NCBI GenBank assembly: GCA_977030845.1
Contig: OZ365112.1
Coordinates: 16,678,001-16,742,000 of the forward strand
Direction of reading: 5' to 3'
DNA: 64,000 bases
Source: Fimbriosthenelais zetlandica
Taxonomy: Eukaryota
The translations under genes and the position numbers were made by a program. Shown here in pieces: positions 40,201 to 51,817 of this stretch (position 1 is the stretch's first letter; each line of letters begins with the position of its first letter). The notes beneath the pieces were generated by a model. That model made no database searches and had not been told where the DNA came from. It saw only the letters and a list, made by a program, of their open reading frames with translations.

Positions 40201-41027
40201 GCCCAGTATAGTGTCTGCTTAATAGACCCTCAAATATTATCTCCTATAATACAATGATAATGAGCAGATTGTCGATCTGTCTGCATGGATTCTATTATAG
40301 AGAAGTTGGTTACAGCTTTGTGACAGGCTCGAGTCATGAAATTCATTATCTCCCAGCATGTATAATCAGACAAATCATCCCCCACTATAAATCCCACGCC
40401 TGCTGATGGGGTCTCCGCGGTCACATAGCATTATACACGTCAGGTTGTCACATATATTCATCTAGTGGAAACTGTAGCAGAAGTCCTTCTGAGAACACAT
40501 CCCTTTCACTAGATTAGTTCTTACAGGGCATTGTCCTTTCCTTGAATTGTTGTCCTTGATACTACAGGGTATAATATAGGGGGTGGCGGTTGCGGAGTGA
40601 TACATTAATACCATAATAGGTGTCACGAGCTGTTTTTGAGGAGAGTGTAAAAAAATATGTGTTGGGGATTGAGTTAATGTGGTTGATTTGAGTAATGATA
40701 CTCATCGGACCAGACAACCATGTCCTGCAGGCTGTCAATTAAGGTCCATTAGAGATTGTCCCTCATCCACAGATAATTCAGGATGACGTGGGGTCGCTGT
40801 GGACAGTTTTATACCCTGTCACGTCTGATGAGAGGCTAACTGGTCCATGACAAAAGTCATAATTTATGCTCAGAAAAGTCCATAAACACTCATTGGGAGA
40901 CAATGGTGAATGGGTCTAAAAGGCATTGACAATTGAAATACCGGTATAAGCAATGATCAAACCATCTCCTCGCACACTTATGGGAGTAATTTTATAAAGT
41001 TATCCTTTGCAAAATGTTGCATATCGG

Positions 41028-41100
41028 GCCCGGTTAGCTCAGTCGGTAGAGCATCAGACTTTTAATCTGAGGGTCGAGGGTTCGAGTCCCTCATTGGGCG
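41028..41100 (+). tRNA. tRNA-Lys (anticodon TTT)
   Basis: GCCCGGT...ATTGGGC-G, TCAGA-CT-TTT-AA-TCTGA anticodon arm, GAGGG-TTCGAGT-CCCTC T arm. The acceptor stem has two adjacent G-U pairs (5:68, 6:67). Confidence 0.93.
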
Positions 41101-41244
41101 TAGATTTATTTTGATTTTGGAGGGTGAGTCTGCACCGTATTCAGTCATCTGTGACGTGTCTGCATAACTGAAACAGGTACGTTTCCTCTGTGTCTCTGGG
41201 CATACTCTGGGGTCATAATGAGTTAGCGTGGAGCAAAGCACGGT

Positions 41245-41318
41245 GGCTCTGTGGCTTAGTTGGTTAAAGCGCCTGTCTAGTAAACAGGAGATCCTGGGTT
41301 CGAATCCCAGCAGGGCCT
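41245..41318 (+). tRNA. tRNA-Thr (anticodon AGT)
   Basis: GGCTCTG/CAGGGCC-T, CCTGT-CT-AGT-AA-ACAGG, CTGGG-TTCGAAT-CCCAG, TTTT terminator immediately 3'. Lies 144 nt downstream of tRNA-Lys. Confidence 0.96.
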
Positions 41319-44300
41319 TTTGTTTCATACAAGTATTACATGTATTGACTTGCATACAAGTATTAGTAGATGCAGGAGCTGGATGTGGGCACAACTTATA
41401 AGTTATACAATTATTTGTTAGCAGTGATTGTGTCCTTTCTGGGCCTCACGTTGTCACATGCAGGCTCTGAGGGTGCCCTGTCATAGACTCTTCTCTTGTC
41501 AGTCACTGACCACAGGACAGGAGTGTGTTCAGGTTTCACAATGGTATCCGACAGGTAGGGGCGGACAGGAAAACTCACCAAGGTCATAAGATCATGGGAG
41601 TAGTCCAGGGTGGGCATTTTTAAATGATCGTCAAAACAAGTAACCTCTGTTCAGACATGTATTTACCAAACCGACAAGTCGTCTTATAGTCCACCAATTC
41701 GTTACCATACACGACAGGTAGCCTTGTCTCCAGTTTGAGGGAAAGTTGTGTGAAATTTGACCCCAAACCTAACCGAAGTAATCTAGAGTTTAATACATTT
41801 TAACATGCAATCACATGAACAAAAGACATCCTTAAATTATTGACATGACGACAGAAAAATGGCAGTTATAACCAGGTTTAATAATTGATGAATGTGCCCA
41901 TCCAACACCATTTTAGATTATAGCCTACCTTTTCTCTTGACATCTTGACAGCGCCACTCTGTTTCCCTCCTGGTCAGCCGTGGGAACGACCAAGTCTCAT
42001 TACAAGACAATGCCAGCTGGACAGCCGCATAACAGACAATATATTGTACTATATGACTACCATAGATTAACATGATCGGTTCAAATATAACGAGAGTTGA
42101 CCATGTATAACATATGTAGTAGTGTAACACCCTATCCCCCACCCCAGAACTCACTCCTAGAAGTGACAAATGTGATAGAAAAAATCCATTGTTTTTTAGT
42201 TCATATTATATATATGAGATGATGTGGGGGAAATTATTAAAGTATTAGCTTTGCATTACATCTGAAGCAGTGAAGGGCATTGATAATTATATGCATTTAC
42301 GGCTGGTATACAAAAAGAAAGAAGAAAGATAACTTTCCCGGGTTAGGCTACACCACAAACCCAAGAACATAATAATAGTGGGGACCGAGTATAGGCGAAG
42401 CAAGAAACAGACGGAAACTCGAGGTAGTGTTAAGTCCAGCCTCTTCTTCTGTTCTTTGTAGATTGAGGAGGTCATCCATCAGTCCGAGGGTTTGATTATA
42501 AATTAAGCCAAACCTCATCAATATCAGTGTCAGGGGCCGAATGGGCGGTGTCCATCCTAATGAAAGCCTCATTGGCAGATTGAACCCCCTAATTACTGAA
42601 CTATACTTTCATCTCCATTTGAAGACTAACCGCGCCTTCTGATGGGCAAGTCATGCATTAAACAAGGCGGAACATCATGTGATGCGGACAACAATTCGCT
42701 GCAGTTTGACCCTATTGACCTTCACAATGACCTCTGGTAGTCGCATCCTCGCGCCAGAGCAATGGAAGCGCCTGTATATAGGCACGTGCTCAGGGCGAGG
42801 GCACGTATGGTTTGGGCGAAAATAGGGGAATCCCGCTGTGACCAAATGTCTCATGGATTTATTACTGTTTAACATTTCTTATCGAAAAATAATTGTATTT
42901 ATAATTGCTAACTGTTTTTTACACAGATGTAAAAGTTTTTCGACAGCATTTAAGCTGGATCAACAAAGATTCTATTCAACTTGATGTTGTACAGTCACAT
43001 GGTAAATCACTTTTATCTAAGCTTATCAATGCAGAATCAAAACAATCAAGGGTAGTATGCATGTATCGACCTACAATGTTGCCTTTTTTCTTTTTATCTC
43101 TAATTCGCTATTCCAGTTCATTATCCCTGACACAAAGCAAAACAACAGGGCAAGAGTCAGACTCAGGCCACCCACATTGATGCTTCACTGATAATAAAGG
43201 TAGTGTCGGTTAGATGAAGAGTGTAGAAATCTCATTAGGAGATCCAGTGGTCCGTAAATTTATTTAATTCCACTATATTAAGCACCTATTTGGTATATAC
43301 TGAGAAACTTTGTACTTGATTTACTCACGCGACGTTGATCTCTCAAATACCCAATACCTTTATCCCAAATTTTGAGGGCGGATAAGATTCCAATAATTGT
43401 TAAAGATCATGTGGGTGTCCACCCACGGCTAGCAGCCTCTCTGATCGAACTCTGATTATTGGTCACGTGACTATTATTGGGCCTATCGGCCCATGTAGCC
43501 GATAGGCCTAGAACTTTACCAAAAATTCCATATCATCAGGGACCTGCTCCTCAATACCCGAGCTTAGCGGTCACTTCCGGTGCAATGCTCTGTGGGAAAC
43601 CTGGCTAAAACAACATCAGGTTGGACCTCAGCATAGCGAGAAGCCTACCACAAGGAAGATGCTCGGGCATTTGTGGAGGTGTGACCTTTGGCCGAAGTGC
43701 CAGGCCGATCGAGAAAGGTCAGAACAGAGACTCTGGTCAGAATCAGCCCTTGTTGCTTGGGCCCAAAGAAATAGGCCTACCACAGTAATACAGCCTAACG
43801 GAAGCTGGGTAAAAGTGGTCAACGTGAGATTCTACTTAATCTGCAATATGGATATGTATGCTCCCTATTATATCTGAGCAATTAATTATAAAATAAAAAG
43901 CTCTTTATTTGTCAGTGATGGCAATGAGGAGTACAGAATCGAGCCGGACTGAGTGGGTATGATACGGTCACGTGTACACCCACGTGGTCAAACACTGCAT
44001 GTGAAGGTGAACAGGGGGGCCATTATAGGCCCATAACAAAGAGTCACATATCTAGGAATAAAGGGTACACTTGTGATGCCTCATGTATATTGGATCTACC
44101 AAACACATACAGCCAAGACTCAATTTATAGATCCACGAGAAGAAAATTAATTTCAAAATACATCGTGTCTCAAAAACTTGTTTGGTAAATTCATATATCA
44201 CAGGCTAGGCTTAGATAGGCGTATAAATATGTGTACTCCTCGCCCACTTCAAAATTACAGTTGCAAACCTATTTTAGCATTCACATTCATTGATTTGTTT

Positions 44301-46358
44301 GGGTGGTATTTGCTTCCTAGAGTGTATTTATAACCCCCATTCTTCACTGTGAGAGTCCCAGGTCAACAGCCCTTCACATGCCATGCAGATTTACACGAGA
44401 CTTGAGTACAAACTTCATTAATACTCACGGCAAATATAACAATAATTCATAACTGTTCCACGTGACGATAATGGTGGATAAGAAGCATGGGAATACTCAG
44501 GTATGGAAGGTGAATATGTGTCTATATAGATTTGGTCAACAGCACAGAACCATGTACCTATCAAGGATTTTGTTGATATGGGTCTAAAGGACATCTAAAC
44601 AAACTATGCTTCACTTGCAAATTTCTCTTCGTGCCTTGTCGCTGGATCAATGGTATGTTCAGTAGATGGTAACTATTTAATCAGGATCAAGAGTCTTCTG
44701 TTTCTCACCATCGGCTACCCTAAACAGATGTGACCCTTCCAGGTCATGATTCTGGGAGAAATTCCGTAAATATCTACCGGTATTGACTTTAATTTGGACT
44801 TTGGACTTTAATTATTAAAAGACTGAGGGAGGATTGAGGCTGTACTGGCACAGAGGTTAAACTGTGGCCTGCTTAAAGTTACAATAGCATAGTTATTGTC
44901 CCGGAGGAATATATAGCAATTGAAGTGGAAACTCTTTTACCCCTCGATCCTACATACCTAAGAGTGACATTAACCACACAACAGTCTTATACAATGCAGT
45001 ACGGCCACTTCAGTGGACAGAAAACTGTAAAACCTCTCCTACACCAAAGAAAAGATCAGAGAGAATGGACTCCATGTTTTGCTGACAGATGTGTAACATA
45101 TGCCATCAACATGAAGGACAAAGTTCATACAGGGGGAGATGAGACAAGTGTTGCCGCGAGCCAACGCTATGGCTGTCTTTATCAGTGACGTCGACCCTGG
45201 GATAATCCTATAGTCCCTCTTCAAAAGAGGTAAGCAGCATTAAAGCACAACTTGATATATATTACATATCTGCTTTAACAGCCACCACGAGGCTGTCATT
45301 AACATATGCAGGCTCCCATATAGGATTTTGGAAAGGGGTGGGGTCAGGGGGTGAGATCTGTGAAGGTGTGTGTGGGGCGCGGGGGGTGGGGGGTGCGGGG
45401 TGGTGGTCCTTGAGAGAGGAGTGGGGGTTGTGCCAAGGAGACACCAAACGTGTTGTGCACATTTACAGTTAATGATTCAATCATTAGAACATTATTAAGT
45501 TGAACTTCTTTTTTAAACATAATAAACAATAGGCCTATATGCAGTCAGTGAAATTTTGAAACGATTTTTTCAGAAGAAGTGGCGCTTGTAGATGACTTTG
45601 TGAGGTAGAAGAGTAACTTGGAGTCTGTCATTAAAATAGTTGACTGGTCATCTCACGTCAATGACTAGCAGATCATGTTGACAGGTCCCGTCAGTAGGAA
45701 GATGATATATGGAGATTGCCCACCCCCTACCTCAGTCCCAGACTTGCCCGAGATCACGCAACATATCGATATCAATCCATCATAACTCCTCCCCCAGACG
45801 ACAGCCTATACTCCCGTGTACACCTATTTCTTTGCGCATGTCTGCCAGCTAATACTCTTTCCAGTTTGGTTGTCATAAGGAATCATACACTCCCCTGTCA
45901 CATGGGAGGAGTCGTTCCCGGGAATATATATGAGCTGTGCGCGGAAGGGGTTAAACTAGACCTGGGCATCATACACATTTGTTGAAAGGCATAAAATGCT
46001 TGTCTAATCATGGGTTGTGGTTGAGGTTGGGTGGGTGACCAGCTGGAGGTCAGATTATGGTGGGCTGGAGGTCATGGGGGCCTACTATACCTGCACGTGT
46101 TTAACTGAGGTGAAATATTAGATTATGACACGAGGCCTTCACCCATTCAGATAACATGCTGGTGGAAGGTAGCCAACAGCAACCAACAACCTTGAAAGCA
46201 ATAAATTATATCTTGAAATGGCAATAATCTTTAGTCTCTGGAAACTAATATAGATTGTAAATAAAATACCCCTCCAAATATTTCAATTTTCTGCATTTTA
46301 CTTGCCTTTTAAATTCCCAATATATGTCACAATATACATGTACACACGTACTATATGT

Positions 46359-46373
46359 AAAAAAAAAAAAAAA
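46359..46373 (+). repeat. A15 homopolymer
   Basis: 15 consecutive A followed by TAAAATAAA. No target-site duplication evident. Confidence 0.85.
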
Positions 46374-47896
46374 TAAAATAAAGTGACCCCTGGGCATCGT
46401 GACGCTGGGCATTATGCTTTGCAATCGCCCTTCAACACCAATAGCCCCTCAGGAGAGACCGCGTGCCCCTAATACCTCAAAGGCGGTCCGCATTGAAGCC
46501 CCCTTGGGCTAAAATACAGATCAATAATTAATTTAACTCACAGGCCCAAATCTGGTCTTAAGCCTCAAACGCGACGTTATATGCCCTCCAGGTTAAACAC
46601 CCAATAACCATAAAAAATATTATAACCATTCATTCTATGGACAAGCAGGTATATATCAGACAATAGAATACGAGTCTTGACATGGCAAAATTCACCTCAG
46701 GCGCTGGTCTAAACCCTACAAGCAAACCAGTCTTCCAACCATAATTACCCTGGACATGATGAAACCTTAATAGTAGCGCGGTCAGAGGTCCCAAAGGCCC
46801 TAAAAAGGTCGCTGGTGGGCGGAAGTAATCTGAGTGAATATTGAAGTCTAGTGGTCAGTGATCAGATGGTGGGGACCTGTATTTTGTCTGGTCTGTGTGG
46901 CATAGATGGCTTGTGATAACTATCCAAGGCTCTAATAAGGTGAACGTGCCGCCAAAAATGTACGTGGACCAAATTGGAAGGACAATTGTTAACACGCGAT
47001 GCTTAGCCGACAACGATGTTCTTTTGTGAAGCACCTTAGAAGTAATGAAATAGATAATTGTCTCAGTCTCCCTCAAAATGAATTCTCAGACAAGAGGATA
47101 AGTCGAATTTGGACGTTGCATTGGCCAGCGTCTTCAGGCAATCATAATGCAGAAATTACTTTTGGGAAGTAATTCTTTGGAGGGTAAGAAAGGGTTCGTA
47201 GTGATTCAAGCGAGTCATCTAAAAGAGTCTAAAACTGTATTCGCTTCATTGATTTCCAAGTTGTCATCTAAACATTGAAGATGGTTCCCTACTGTAGGCA
47301 TACACCAACTCCCAGCACCGACCCCATCAGGCTGTAGACCTAAGCATTGTGCTATTTCCTGGCATTTGTTGATTGACTCTTTTGTGAAGGGAAATGACGT
47401 TTTCAGGTCAGTAAATATATATGCCATCCTTTACTGACCTAATCTGAAGATATTTACCCAAGCTTCTATATCAGATTTCTCCTTAAGGTGACACTCTCTG
47501 TTTGCCACACGTCGCGCGTGCTGCCACCCACCAAGAAGCGACCATTGTCTTCTTCCGCTTCCCTCCAGCTTCCTCAGACGCTGACTGTACGAGGGATTGC
47601 GCGGTGAATTATGGGAGCAATCCGTTAGGGTACTCGGTTCATCTGTGATTTGTTCAATCCACCTGTCCTTTGGTTTTCAGATAATGCCATCAGTCAGGTG
47701 GAAGTGACACCATATACCTATAGCGGGCCATAAGTTCGCCCCATATTTTATATTCCCTATAGGCCTACGACTTTTCCTATTCCTTTAATTCCAACAGAAT
47801 GAAGTGTATAGGCCTAAATCAATGAATAGGCTTTTCTCAGTAGTATAGATATAATATATAATGTCAAAAAGAATATTAGACCATAGTGTACTCGTC

Positions 47897-47968
47897 GGTT
47901 CCGTGGTGTAACGGTTAGCACTCAGGACTCTGAATCCTGCGATCCGAGTTCAAATCTCGGCGGAACCT
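47897..47968 (+). tRNA. tRNA-Gln (anticodon CTG)
   Basis: GGTTCCG/CGGAACC-T, CAGGA-CT-CTG-AA-TCCTG, CCGAG-TTCAAAT-CTCGG, TTTT terminator 5 nt downstream. Confidence 0.96.
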
Positions 47969-48362
47969 TCGCTTTTGCCCGTACACAACACTTGCTCACA
48001 TGTATTATCTCAACTATGAGCCTCAGATGACCCGCATAAAATTCCATGTTTTCCGTCCAAGACTGATATTAATTTTTGCAATCCATTCCATTATAATTTA
48101 AATAGAAGAACCATTTTTACCCCTCAGCAAGTATTGAATGAAAGCCTGCAGCTCTACCTGGGCTGAAGTAGGCTACCTAAAAATATATACCCCGGTCACG
48201 TGACGACCACGGCCTCTGTAAGTCAGGGAATATGAGGTCCAAAACTATGTGTTGGAGATATTTTCTATAGATAAATGATTGTTTATTTCGTGTGTTTGTG
48301 GGGTGTTTATGTTGGGTGGGGGTGGGGGACAGTTTCATAACACAAAAGTAAGTTCAATATTA

Positions 48363-48373
48363 TTTATTTTATT
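48363..48373 (-). terminator. Candidate distal polyadenylation signals of DGKE (3' UTR about 2.7 kb)
   Basis: Two overlapping AATAAA on - strand followed by a T/GT-rich tract. An ATTAAA variant at about 49252-49257 could be a proximal site. Confidence 0.45.
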
Positions 48374-51079
48374 GCAATACCACTTCTAATCTAATCTCAA
48401 TTAGAAATATCACATTCATTAATATCCAGTGCTAGGTATCATTTTATCAAGTTCCATACATAAGCATTAACATGGGAATACCTTTCCTGGTAGCTTCCGT
48501 CGGATTATTAACAATACATGTATTCCTCAATTTTGCGCATAACGCTTTTAAAATCGTACACCTACAAATCGTCTGTCCATAATTAATGGCAACATTGTCT
48601 ATTAAATTTGTGGGGTAAAATACGGATTCTGTTTCTTCACAGAATAAATCAATGTCAGACTCATTCAATTCTCTCATTAAACTCCACGAAACAAAAGTTT
48701 CGAAAATTTTATCAAAGAAACTGATTTTGGTTCGTAGAAATGTCTACATTGGACTTCTTCACTTGTATGTGAATATCGAGGTATAAACAGATTAAAAATA
48801 AATGTAAAATAAATTATAAAGCTGTTTATAGATGTTAAATAAGTGGAGATATATAATAATATGCCTGTGATTTTAGAGCTCTCGACTGAGCTAGGTTGTT
48901 AAGGACATTTCGAATACATTTCGTTCTCTTTCTCCAGCACACACACGCCATTAAATTATCTCAAATTATATACAAGCAGACCGCAAGGGATCATTCAATA
49001 GACACTCTAACCATGTTTTCAACCATAAATTAATTGTGAGCTAAGCCTACTTAACCATTACTCATTTTTCAACTACAATCATGTAAAGCAGTGATTAATC
49101 ATTTAAAGATTGTCTATCGGCTGTATCATTGATTAATACTTGACTGACACGAACGACAGCTGTCTTAGATTGCACAGTGGAGAAGTGGATAAGACATACA
49201 CTAGAGATTATGTACTCCACTCTGTGAGATAGAGAATAAAATACATGTACCTTTAATATTTTAACCTTAAAGTGTGAACATAATCAATGTTGAAAAGTCA
49301 TAAAGTATAGGAAGGTAGCATGGCATAAAACAAATTAGACAGAGCCTTCAGGGGTTTAGGAGTTGAGAAGTAACAGTAACTATCGCCTTCATTAGTACTT
49401 GATAAATCCTTGGACAGCATTGGTACATGTTTGGAGATGCTTTGGAGGGTAAAATACATAGTAGGTAGTAAGTAACTACAGAAAAGACTCATGTTTAAGC
49501 TTCCCCTCTAGCATTCAGATTCAGAATTCAGATGAGAGACATCTTTAGACAAGATCACGTTTAGACAGGTATTCTTGCCACATTAGAAGACCACACTAAC
49601 ATAAAGTCCACCCGCCTACATTTTAGTATACAGTATTACGGGGGTATATGTACACATGCAGTCCTATATAATACTGCACTCAGGATGAATCTTGTGAGTA
49701 CGTGAGATCATGAATGCCATACAGCCTCAAAACTCTCATAACTGGCCAGAGGCAAGTACTCAACTTACCAATCTTTGGGACCATCAAATCCAACCATTCA
49801 TCTCCCTGGTTTCCGGAACTTATATAAACAGTTTACTGGTTGATTACCTGAAGGCACTCACGCTTCCTTCTTTCACAGTTATTGAATGGTTATAGAAATG
49901 TTATACATGTACATATATGTACCCTGGTACTAAGGCAGGACCACAATTGGGTCCTAACATGGATCCATCTAACTCTTAATCACAAGAAGGCAGTGTAAGG
50001 GAAGCATGTAAACCACTACCAATTTTAAGTTCAAATCAAGACAAGATACCGTAATCATTCAAAATAATGAATTCTAATTTGCTTTTTCTCACTGCAACTT
50101 CATTTGACAACACGAACTCCAAATCAGAGTTAATAGAGCAGTTAATTACAACAACACTGCCTATAATATGAAGTGATTATGTACCATGATTTTTACTTAT
50201 TGTCTTTATCTCTAAGATCATAACTAGGCTTATATAGACCATTGAGTTACCATTTAGAGTTGCGCAAGATGAGTTGACGCACCCTTTACACTATACAGCT
50301 ATCAAATGAAGAATTTACCAGACTAATTTTAAGTAGGCCTACCCATGCTGACATTTCTTCATTAAAATTTTACACCACTGAACTGACGCTTTCAGACAAA
50401 TACTTCATTAACAGGCCATTATAATTTTGGGTTGCGTCAGTTAAGATGCTTAGAGTTAGACCATTTTTATGTAAAGTACAACCTATATTTATGAAAATAT
50501 CTATTTACTTCAAAATAGTACCAGCATATGTGTACGATTAACGTTTTTTTTGTAAAAATATTGACACTGACATATGATCATTAATAGTACTACATTTAAG
50601 TCAGTATATGGTTCTTCACTGTATTTTAACACACCAACTAAGCCATACGCATAGGGTTAGATCATCCATATTATCTTAGACCTCTGACTTAACAATATGA
50701 GAGACTGTCAGTATAGGATAATCAAGAGATACTGGTATCTGAGTGACATTACATCTTATGTGCTATACTTTACCAGCTTACCAACAGTATGCCACTCGTA
50801 TAAGACAATACAAAAGGGGCAAGGATTATGTTCATTGGTTGAACGGATGTGCATCCTGCCTATATATAGCAAGAGGCACAGAGTATAACCAGACTGGTAT
50901 AACTGTGGAGAGAATTCTCATCTACCAGCTCTAGCATCCAGCGGCTCAAGAGCAAATCATTACTAAATACTTAGAACAAGTTTCCATGTCGTCAGAGAGA
51001 GCATTATGTACACATGTCATAAGATTCATGAATAAGGGACATTCTGCAGATTGTCTTGTGACTGATTTTTGACAGTGAT

Positions 51080-51202
51080 TCAGGGTTGGGGTAAGCGGAG
51101 CATGGTCGCTTGGTTGTGACTGGAGAGGTAAATGGTGGCTGGATGCTGCTCCCATGGTTCTCCATCCACTTGCATTGGCGCATTTCCTCCATTTAACGTT
51201 AT
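51080..51202 (-). CDS. DGKE: Diacylglycerol kinase epsilon, terminal coding exon
   Basis: ctctattgcag| ITLNGGNAPMQVDGEPWEQHPATIYLSSHNQATMLRLPQP*, containing the PMQVDGEPW signature. Confidence 0.95.
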   Translation of the reverse strand: MTLNGGNAPMQVDGEPWEQHPATIYLSSHNQATMLRLPQP

Positions 51203-51397
51203 CTGCAATAGAGAATCAGAGTGTCTTTTTAATATTGAACACTTATTTTATACTTATGTACCTGAATAGAAACAAATACGAAACATTGAATAACAGCCAG
51301 ACTAGTTTATGCCTCTTTGCATCACAGTTGCCACAATTTTCAAAATATATAGCTAGATTAAAATTATAGAAACTGAGCCGCAAGATGGGATATTTAC

Positions 51398-51640
51398 CTT
51401 AACTCTGCGTGCTTGGCCCAGTCTGAGTGGTTCAGTTAAGCCCACCTGAAGCTGAGCTATATGGAATGATGAGTAGAGAGCGAAAACTTCCATTAGACCA
51501 TCATCAATATGAGCCTGAGGGACGTCTTTCCCTGATGCCCCAATCACCCATGGTCGACACCCACCGCCCCAAGATGGGATGTTTAATACCACGACACCCT
51601 CAATCTCTGGTAGTTCCACAGGTTTTCCATCCATTTCAAG
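51398..51640 (-). CDS. DGKE: Diacylglycerol kinase epsilon, internal exon (243 nt)
   Basis: LEMDGKPVELPEIEGVVVLNIPSWGGGCRPW...DDGLMEVFALYSSFHIAQLQVGLTEPLRLGQARRVK, DGK accessory-domain motifs. ttttag|...|gtaaat. Confidence 0.97.
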
Positions 51641-51745
51641 CTAAAAACATAAATAGTAAGAATAAAAGAGTGAAGCGAAATTAGTATTTTCTAAGACAGG
51701 CCATTCCTATTTATAATGAATTAATTAAAGAATGATCCATCATAC

Positions 51746-51817
51746 CTTGATCTTTTGGTGGAGATTCTTACACTCGCGTTCAAGTACGTCTTTCGTGCCA
51801 TATGTAAAATACCAAAA
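51746..51817 (-). CDS. DGKE: Diacylglycerol kinase epsilon, internal exon (72 nt)
   Basis: cctttactttcag| FWYFTYGTKDVLERECKNLHQKIK |gtatga vs human [24 protein letters not shown]. Confidence 0.93.

Noticed and set aside
41062-41394. 110-aa - strand ORF
   Set aside because: Antisense to the tRNA-Lys/Thr pair, so the openness is explained by GC-rich tRNA sequence.
46200-46380. Poly-A tail of a retroposon
   Set aside because: No A/B box head, no TSD, no RT similarity upstream.
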